Assembly (NCBI RefSeq): GCF_963506605.1
Contig: NC_083288.1
Span: 54,064,001-54,128,000 of the forward strand
Direction of reading: 5' to 3'
DNA length: 64,000 bases
Origin: Zootoca vivipara
Taxonomy: Eukaryota
The notes under the pieces are model-generated. The model was not told where the DNA came from and searched no databases. It saw nothing but the letters and a program-made list of their open reading frames with translations. Each line of letters opens with the position of its first letter. Position 1 is the stretch's first letter. The position numbers were made by a program, and so were the translations under genes. This document shows, one piece after another, positions 55,587 to 64,000 of this stretch.

Positions 55587-56499
55587 TACATGGGTACCTC
55601 AGGTTACAGACTCCAGTAACCCAGAAATAGTACCTCGGGTTAAGAACTTTGCTTCAGGATGAGAACAGAAATCGTGTGGCAGCAGCGGGAGGCCCCATTA
55701 GCTAACGTGGTGTCTCAGGTTAAGAACAGTTTCAGGTTAAGAACAGACCTCCAGAACGAATTAAGTTCTTAACCCGAGGTACCATTGTACTACNNNNNNN
55801 NNNNNNNNNNNNNNNNNNNNNNNNNNNNNNNNNNNNNNNNNNNNNNNNNNNNNNNNNNNNNNNNNNNNNNNNNNNNNNNNNNNNNNNNNNNNNNNNNNNN
55901 NNNNNNNNNNNNNNNNNNNNNNNNNNNNNNNNNNNNNNNNNNACGAACTTAATTCATTCCAGAGGTCAGTTCTTAACCTGAAACCATTCTTAACCTGAGG
56001 TACACTTTAGCTCAGGGGTCCCCAAACTACGGCCCGGGGGCTGGATGCGGCCCAATTGGCCTCCCAATCCGGCCCGCGGCGACCCCCACCGCTCGCTGCC
56101 GCTGCCCGCTCTTAACGGCGCACAGTGCGGCGGCGCTCTTCCAGGTCGGAAAAAAACGCCGAAAATCCTTTGTGCGCATGCGTATGGGCCTCTCCCGACC
56201 CAGAAGAGGTCATTTCTGGTGCACTTCCGGGTCGGGGGAGGCCCATACACATGCACACAAACGATTTCCGTCGCTTTTTCCGACCTGGAAGCGTGCCGCC
56301 GCGCCAGTAAGCACCCGTGCGCATGCGCACGGGCGCACACTCCCCCGCCCGCCGGGCGATCGGCGCGGTGGGAACCGGCCCAAAGCCCGGTAAGTCTGGG
56401 GGCCCCTGCTTTAGCTTAATGGGGCCTCCCGCTGCCGCCACGGCGCAATTTCTGTTCTGTTTGTAACCCGAGGTGTTTGTAACCCGAGGTACCACTGTA
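55587..56499. mobile_element. Tigger-like MITE(s) spanning an N gap (55794-55942), with nested hAT element
   Basis: GTACCTCAGGTTACA ... TGTAACCCGAGGTACCACTG-TA termini; internal GGTTAAGAAC subrepeats. Confidence 0.65.
56013..56408. mobile_element. Non-autonomous hAT element
   Basis: CAGGGGTCCCCAAACT ... AGTCTGGGGGCCCCTG termini; perfect 8-bp TSD CTTTAGCT. Confidence 0.85.
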
Positions 56500-56504
56500 T
56501 ATAT

Positions 56505-56640
56505 CAGGCATCCCCAAACTGCGGCCCTCCAGATGTTTTGGCCTACAACTCCCATGATCCCTAGCTAACAGGACCAGTGGTCAGGGATGATGGGAATTGT
56601 AGTCCAAAACATCTGGAGGGCCGAAGTTTGGGGATGCCTG
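56505..56640. mobile_element. Palindromic hAT MITE (136 bp)
   Basis: CAGGCATCCCCAAACT ... AGTTTGGGGATGCCTG; 8-bp TSD GTATATAT. Confidence 0.9.
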
Positions 56641-56654
56641 GTATATATATATAT

Positions 56655-56945
56655 GCAGGGTGATTGAGCGGGTGGTCACTAAACAACTGCAGGCATATCT
56701 GGAGGAAGCAGACCTGGATCTGTTCCAATCGTGATTAAGCCCCATCATGGAACTGAAACCGCTCTGGTTGCACTGCTCAATGATCTCCAATGGGCTATGG
56801 ACAGAGGTGAGAACTCTTCTGGTTCTGCTGGATCATTCTGGACCATCTAGTGGGGTTGGGAGCTGGGAGCACTGTTATGCAGTGGTTCTGTTCCTTCCTC
56901 CTATGTCGTGTCTAGAACGTGCTGAGTGTTTGGACCCCTGAAGGC
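56655..56945 (+). mobile_element. Degenerate L2 RT fragment
   Basis: QLQAYLEEA..PHHGTETALVALLNDL..MDRGE motif of the L2 reverse transcriptase. Confidence 0.65.
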
Positions 56946-58341
56946 AGGCCTGTACCAAGAGGTTTCTAATGGTCAAGTGTTTTATTGTGTTTTTAATATC
57001 TACCCATCTTCTATATTTGCTGCTGATTATTCCTGCCTATATGCAGAACCTGACATTTGTCCTTACTGAAATTTCTTTATGGCATTAATATGCCATCTTT
57101 TTCTCCAGGGAGCTCCAGGTGGTGTCACATGGGTCTTGCCCTTCTCATTTAATCCTGATAATAACCCTGTGAGGTAGGTTAGGCTGCGAAGCTACGCCTG
57201 GCCCTCAAGGTCACCCAGTGGGCTTCATGACCAGGCGGGGATTTGAACCCACGTCTCCCAGGTTGTAGTTTGACACTCTAACCACTATTGGGTTGTTGGT
57301 TTTATTTTTATTATGCATTTTGTCATGTTATATCTTGATTTTATTCTGTGAACCGCCCTGAGACCCCCGAGTATAGGGTGGTATATATATCCAATAAATG
57401 AATGAATATACCACACGGACTCTTTAATGAGACTCTCAGGAAGTGTGCATACATGCATCTGCTTAAAGTTTCGGTGTGATGTTCTGGTATTTGTATTGAA
57501 AGTTGTATAGACATGTATCAAAATAATTATGGTAAAAGAGGTTTTAGCAACTAGATCATAATAACCAGGCCTTTAGTTAATTAAACCATCTATGTCCTTT
57601 TGGATGCGCTTGTGGGAATGGGGCTTTTTGTTTTATTTTGATTCTTTTATTTTGCATTTATATTTTGTATTTTTATGGTGTGAACTGCTCTGAGATCTTC
57701 AGATGAAGGGCCACGGTATACAAATTTAATAATAAAGAAATACTGAAGTATAGTAATAAGCGATAAAGAAAGCCTTAAAAAAGACACAACCAAACTAAAA
57801 AACTGGTGCTTAAATCACAAGATGTAAAATAAAGATACAAAAACGAACAGCCACAACCCCCGGAAAACCTGTTAAAGCCAATAGTTTGTTCAGCAGCCTC
57901 AGCCTTTCTAGCTGGAGTCTATGGGCCCCTTCAGTCAATCACTCCACGTGGGGAAAATCTTGCAAGTCATGGAGCTGGTCTTCCTGGACTCCCAGCTGTG
58001 GCAAGAGTTTGCTGCTAGACCACTGGTCCTTGTCCAGTGAAGAAACAAACCTTGGAATGAAAAGGCAGCTCAGCACATTGGCCAAGAAGGTGCCCAAATA
58101 AACCCGGGGTGTTGGTGTGTGTGTGACGCATGAGGCTCCTGCTGGGCTGCTTTGGAGAGGGAGAGAAGGCTTACTTGGTGCACTTGGCTTACCAAGGGTT
58201 AAAAGGAACAGAGCTGGATTCCTAGAGAGGACAGGAAATAAAGGTGGGGAAGGGGCAGGTCCTCCAGAGCAAAACCCCCACCCTCCCCAGTCCCTTTCTT
58301 GAACTACAAAACTGGGAATCAGGGGCAAAGCAACTGCTTAT

Positions 58342-59675
58342 ATACAGTGTTTCTCCTAAAATAAGACGGGCCTTAAAAATAAGCCATGACAGGCTTCTCA
58401 TGAGTAGAATAAATATAAGACATACCCCAAAAATAAGCCAGGGGGGAGCAGGTCTGGCAAGGAAAGGAAGGCATTTAAGCGCCTTCGGAAGAGCCGGCAA
58501 GAGGCAACAGCGCGCTTGCTGGCGACCTTCTTTTCATGCCACTCGCAGTGGCCGTCTCCGCCGCCGCCGCTGTGCTTTGGGGCTTGGCGCGTGCCCACAG
58601 CCACCTCCGCAGCCCCTGGGATTACCGTCGCTGCAGCTGCGCTCCTGGGCGCTCTCGGCACTTCCCCCGCGGCCGCCTCACTGTGTTTTGCGGGGGTGGG
58701 AGCCGCTTGGGGGAGCACAGCGCAGCGCGAAGAGCCTAGTGAGAGGCAGCTACGGCTGCAGGTGAAGCCCGGGATCTGCGTGGGCGACTGGGGGCGAGCG
58801 CCCTGAGCGCTGCGGCGGTGGCGAAGAGGCGCCTGATCAGCTGAGAGGCGGGCTGATCGGGCGGCTCTTCGCTACCGCCACAGCGCTCAGGGCCCTCGCC
58901 CCCAGTCGCCCACGCAGGTCCCGGGCTTCACCTGCAGCCGCAGCTGCCTCTCACCAGGCTCTTCGCCCTGCGCTGTGCTCCCCTTAGCGGCTCCCGTGCA
59001 GCCGCCTCTTGCCACGGCGGAATCGGGCATCCCAAGGAGCAAACTCCCGAGCCGGAAGGAGCGGCTGGGGGAGTTGGTCCACTTTCCCCGCTCCGTTTGT
59101 CTTTTGGTGGCGCGCGCGCCCTTTTCCTCCCTCCTTGCCTTCCTCCGTCTTAGCCCCGCACCGGGTCCGCCTCTCGCCCATGCATACTCTCGCCTACTCA
59201 TCCCTTGCACACACACACACACACCTGGCGGGAGCAGTCACCAGTCACCAGCCTGGTCCCAGGCCGAAAGGGGGCCGGGCTATAGGCAGGCAAGGGCAGA
59301 TTTGCACACTGGCGTTTGAATGGAGGAATTGGCCCTCTGAGCCAAAACAAGTCCCAGCAGCCCCTCCGCCGGCTCAGGAATGCGCGCCGTGTGGATGCCA
59401 TTCCCTAGGGAGAGACAGGCGCTCGCCCGGGGGCGGGGAGGATGGTGACGAAAGGGAGCAAAGGATCCCAAAGCCAAGAGCTTCCGGAGGGATTGGCCCA
59501 CAAGATCCCTTGGGGAACACTGGGAGGGCACGTGTGCTTCCTCCCTGCTCGGCCGGTAGCGCGGTTGCCAGCTCCCGCTCGAAAAAATAAGACATCCCCT
59601 GAAAATAAGCCATGGTGTGTTTTTTGGGAGGAAAAATAAATATAAGACGTGTCTTATTTTAGGAGAAACACGGTA
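58342..59675. mobile_element. Non-autonomous Tc1/mariner-type element (~1.3 kb) with a large internal GC-rich hairpin
   Basis: TA-CAGTGTTTCTCCTAAAATAAGAC ... GTCTTATTTTAGGAGAAACACGG-TA; subterminal AAAATAAG repeats. Confidence 0.85.
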
Positions 59676-59681
59676 CATTCC

Positions 59682-59772
59682 CATAGCTGCCAAGTTATCC
59701 CTTTTTTTAAAGGGAAATTCCCTTATGCTGAATAGGCTTCCTCGTGAGAAAAGGGAAAACTTGGCAGCTATG
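59682..59772. mobile_element. 91-bp MITE, TIR CATAGCTGCCAAGTT, 6-bp TSD
   Basis: Second copy of 15459-15548; CATTCC on both flanks. Confidence 0.85.
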
Positions 59773-60014
59773 CATTCCTGAAAGCCTAGGCCACTCCCAC
59801 TCCCAACATGATTGGCTGTCTAAACTTCCAAGCTGCAAATCATGATTCAGGGTTCAAGGGCCAATGGCAGAGGCCCAAATCCTGACATAGTCTGTGATTG
59901 GACATCATGTATTGAATCAGAACACAGGAGCTCAGAATCCTTAGTCCAGACTCAAGCTCAGGTAAGCACAGACCCACTGAATACATAAAAGGCTCCAGCC
60001 TCAAGATACACATA

Positions 60015-60370
60015 GGTAAAGGTAAACGGACCCCTGACTGTTATCGCGGACGACTCTGGGGTTGCAGCGCTCATCTCACTTTATTGGTCGAGGGGGCCAG
60101 CGTACAGCTTCTGGGTCGTGGCCAGCATGACCAAGCCGCTTCTGGTGAACCAGAGCAGCGCACGGAAACGCCGTTTACCTTCCCGCCGGAGCGGTACCTA
60201 CCGTATTTATCTACTTGCACCTGATGTGCTTTTGAACTGCTACCGGTAGGTGGGCAAGAGCTGGGACCGAGCAACGGGAGCTCACCCCGTTGCAGGGATT
60301 CGAACCACTGACCTTCTGATTGCCAAGCCCTAGGCTCTGTGGTTTAGTCCACAGCGCCACCCGCACCCCC
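60015..60370 (-). mobile_element. Sauria SINE
   Basis: GGTAAAGGTAAA tail at left, same body as 16822-17168, ATACACAT flanking repeat. Confidence 0.88.
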
Positions 60371-61365
60371 AATATACACATGACACCCCCCCAAAAAGCA
60401 TCTTAGAACCTTCCAAGGAAGGAGAGGCCACCACCTCCTTCCAAGGGAGTCCGTTCCTCTTTCCAGCAGGGCTTCTCCTGCCTCGGATTCCTTGGATGGT
60501 GGGACCTCCAGGGCTTCTCAGCAGGGCTTTCTGTTCAGTCTCTAAAGATCCCCTGAACACCTGAGCAGCCTCATGTCTGAATGGGCAATCGTGTGCCAAC
60601 CAGGAGTCTGGATCACACCCCTGTCTGATGGGTGGGTGGTGGGAAGAGCTTTGCTTCTAACTGAAGGACTATAGAGGACTTGCTTGCATCTTGATCTCAG
60701 CATCTGAGGAGGAGAGGAGCCCTGCAGGATCAGGCCAATGGGGTCCCCGTATTGAGTCCAGCCTCCTGTTCTTCTGGAAAGCCCACCAGCAGGAAGAGTT
60801 TTCACTCTGCACCGCAGGAAGAAGCACTTTCTCCTCTGCTCTCCATCTTCCAACAATCTGTGTCAGGGTTTCACTTTTATTCTTTGTTTATATTTTATGT
60901 CCAAATGCTTTCATCTGCTTAATAATTGGGAATTTGTGGGCTTTATGTTTTTGTAGTTATGGTTATCATTATTCCTGTTATTAGGATAGTGCTATTAGAA
61001 TGCTGTTATAATAGAATCCAGTTCTCCAGAGCAAAGGTACCTCCTTCCAAGGGTTAAAATGAAGTGAGTCAGAGATTCCTAGAGAGGACCGGAAATAAAT
61101 GCAGTGTGAGGGGGGGGGAGAGCAGGTCCTCCCAAGCAAAAGCCTTCATGTCCTATCCTGCAAGGGGGTGGGTTTTGTCTCCTCTGCAAGGAGAGGGGGG
61201 CTGTTTCCTCTGCTCTGGGATCTGGTGAGTCTCTTCTCTCTTCTTGCATAGGGTGCATTGGGGCAGGAGCTGCAGTGGAGGATGCATGCTCGGGTGGGGG
61301 GCTGTTCGGCTCATGCAGGGGGAGAACCCCCAAGTCAGGGAGCAGAGGGTCCTCCTCCTGCTAAG

Positions 61366-61493
61366 AGGTAAAGGACCCCTGGACGGTTAAGTCCAGTCAA
61401 AGGCAACTCTGGGGTGCAGCGCTCATCTCGCTTTTCAGGCCAAGGGAGCCGGTGTTTGTCCACAGTTTCCGGGTCATGTGGCCAGCAGGACTA

Positions 61494-61548
<55 letters not shown>

Positions 61549-62245
61549 GCTTTTTTCTGGGGGGATGCATAGGTACACATACCCCTAAACATTTTCTGAA
61601 TCTAAGTTTGGCCTCATTGAGGGGCAGTATTTCAATATGAGTAGGAAAATGAGAGTACCCCTAAACATTTTTTTTAGAAAAAAGCACTGATAAGAATAAC
61701 AACTTATTACTTATACCCTGCCCATCTGGCTGGGCCTCCCCAGCCACTCTGGGTGATTCCCAATAGAATATTAAAAACAAAATAAAACACCAAACATTAA
61801 AATCTTCCCTATACAGGGCTGCCTTCAGATGTCTTCTGAAAGTCAAATAGTTCTTTATCTCATTGACATCTGAAGGGAGGGTGTTCCACAGGGCAGGCGC
61901 CACCACTGAGAAGGCCCTCTGCCTGGTTCCCTGTAACCTCACCTCTCACAGGGAGGGAACCGCTAAAAGGCCCTCAGAGGAGGACCTCAGTGTCCAGGCT
62001 GAATGATGGGGTTGGAGACGCTTTTTCTGGCGCTTCTGATGCAATAGGACACCATGACGGAAACCAGAGCACCCAGAAACACTGTTTACCTTCCCGCTGC
62101 AGCGGTACCTATTTATCTACTTGCACTGGCGTGCTTTGGAACTGCTAGGTTGCCAGAAGCTGGGACAGAGCAACGGGAGCTCCCTCCATTACGGAGATTC
62201 GAACTGCCAACCTTATGATCAGTAAGCTCAAGAGGTTCGGTAAAG
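61366..62245 (-). mobile_element. Sauria SINE split into two parts (61366-61490, ~62055-62245) by (AAT)n, a MITE and an L2 3' end
   Basis: The two halves are collinear with the intact SINE copies. Intervening (AAT)n 61494-61548 and L2 sequence [26 protein letters not shown]. Confidence 0.7.
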
Positions 62246-62835
62246 CCAGAGCATGAGGCGAGTTCTCAGGAGGTCTGCAACTGTATTATTTATTTGGACC
62301 CATACACTTATTGCCACTTTAGGGAGGGGTCCCTGGGTCAGGGAAAAAGTGAGGAGTTTATGGATTATTTAATTTCTATACCTCATTTATATTAGAAATA
62401 TCTCTAAGCAGTGCACAGGAAACGAAAGCAAGCACAGGCTACGTAAACAAAAATATTGCAAAAATACACAGTTGCATATAAAAATGTATCTATATGATAC
62501 AAAGTTACTCATATAGATAGATAAATAATGCAAATCAATGAAATTAATAAACCCCATTTATTAACCAGATGGAAACATTGGGACATAAAATGTACACACA
62601 CCCAAAAAATGAAAACCTGACCTATGCAAAAAAATGAATAAACACTATTAGAATATGGAGGGCAGAGACACATCCACACTTAATAGAGAACTTTCTTAAT
62701 GCTCCTGACAGTGTGCAAATTTTATAACAGAACAATGAATTTGCTTTGTAGAATTTGCCAGCACCTCTCATTCAGAATTTGACAGGTGAAAAGGGGGATT
62801 CCTTACATTCTCTTGGAAGCTTCCCGAGAGCACAG

Positions 62836-63822
62836 ATGGATGAGCAAGACTCAGCTGGCCTTGAAGCAGGAAGAGGCCAGGCCATGGAAACTGGGAGCAG
62901 TGGGGGATTCTGGGAAAGCTCCAGGCAGAAGATCCTGGGCGAGGAGGACACCCTTCGCTCAGAGGCGCAGAACCACCAGTTCAGGGAGTTCTGCTACCAG
63001 GAGGCCAAAGGACCCCGAGAGGTTTGCAGCCGACTCCACCACTTTTGCCACCAGTGGCTGAAGCCAGAAAGGCACACGAAAGCTGAGATGCTGGACCTGG
63101 TGATCTTGGAGCAGTTCCTGGCTGTCCTTCCACCGGAGATGGAGAGCTGGGTGAGGGAATGTGGAGCGGAGACCAGTTCCCAGGCAGTGGCCCTGGCCGA
63201 AGGTTTCCTCCTGAGTCAGGCAGAGGAGAGGAAGCAGGTGAGAGAGACTTTCCTCTGGATACTCCCAAGGGGTTCAATAGATAAAGGAGAGCATCCCAAA
63301 TGCTCTACCAACGGCCCATCCTTTTTTTTTGGAAAAGCATCCAAGGAAGGATATCAGAAACCTCTAAAGTTTTTGCCTCTGCCATTCTTATTCTGATACT
63401 CTTCCCCATTCTCTGTTTGGAATCCTATTTCAGGAAAAGGATCTTTTTGCAGAAACGGGTCCTGATTCCTCTGAGGCAGAGAGGACTTCGCTGGACACCA
63501 GAGAGAGGCCGCTGGGTAAGGAGGAAGGAGTTTTTCCTCTGTGTGGTCACATTTTGGCGATTCTCAAACTACTCTGGGTTCTTTCAGTATTTTGGGGGAG
63601 ACACTTGAGGCCAAGAGCCCAATGGAGAGGAGATGTATTTTAACATAACTAAAATATAAAATGAGGACAAACTCCCAAATGCACCTCTGAGAGAAGCATC
63701 TTGCTCTCCTGTCTCCCCACTTCCCTTTGTCTCTCGCAGGTGAAAGAAGGATGCTGGCAAGACCTCCTCATCTATCTCTTCATCCTGGTGGAGGGGAAGC
63801 AGCGGCTGAGGAACCGGATCAG
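62836..63822 (+). CDS. Second SCAN zinc-finger paralog, 5' part (continues beyond window)
   Basis: Exons 62836-63237 (SCAN: [48 protein letters not shown]), 63434-63515, 63740-63822. Exon sizes (82, 83 nt) and sequence closely match the upstream paralog. Confidence 0.88.
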
Positions 63823-64000
63823 GTAGGGGGAAGGAGCCTGGGGGGGGGATAGGCTGAGGGGTGGGGCACTAAAATGCACAATTTAAAAATTCCATTTAGA
63901 CATTATAATAAGCATCCATAGTTAAAATGCGCAGTGAAATAAACCCAATAAAACACCACCACAACAAACAGGCAGAAAACAGCAAAACAATGTGTAGTAA

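Overview
Eukaryotic genomic DNA from a squamate reptile, probably a lacertid lizard, judged from Sauria SINEs, tRNA-Lys/CR1-tail SINEs, CR1/L2/Rex-Babar LINEs and Penelope-derived palindromes. There are three N gaps. Gene order is PELP1 (-, partial) head-to-head with ARRB2 (+, 15 exons, intact). ARRB2 lies tail-to-tail with a 9-exon minus-strand gene that I read as a short ATG16-family paralog lacking the WD40 domain (~275 aa), which is head-to-head with MED11 (+, 3 exons). A tandem cluster of SCAN-KRAB-C2H2 zinc-finger genes follows (one complete, one running off the window). PELP1-ARRB2-MED11 is the human 17p13 order, and I know of no human gene between ARRB2 and MED11. The most notable feature is this ATG16-like gene. 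It keeps an ATG5-binding-type N-terminal helix, the coiled coil and the RAB33B/WIPI2-type segment, has ATG16L1-like intron phases, and shares a ~260-bp bidirectional promoter with MED11 that carries two GTCACGTG (CLEAR/E-box) motifs. Also present: minimal hammerhead ribozymes in Penelope-derived palindromes, a 90-bp MITE with 6-bp TSDs, and several nested transposon insertions. Exon models were read by eye. Homology calls come from recalled sequences, not database searches.
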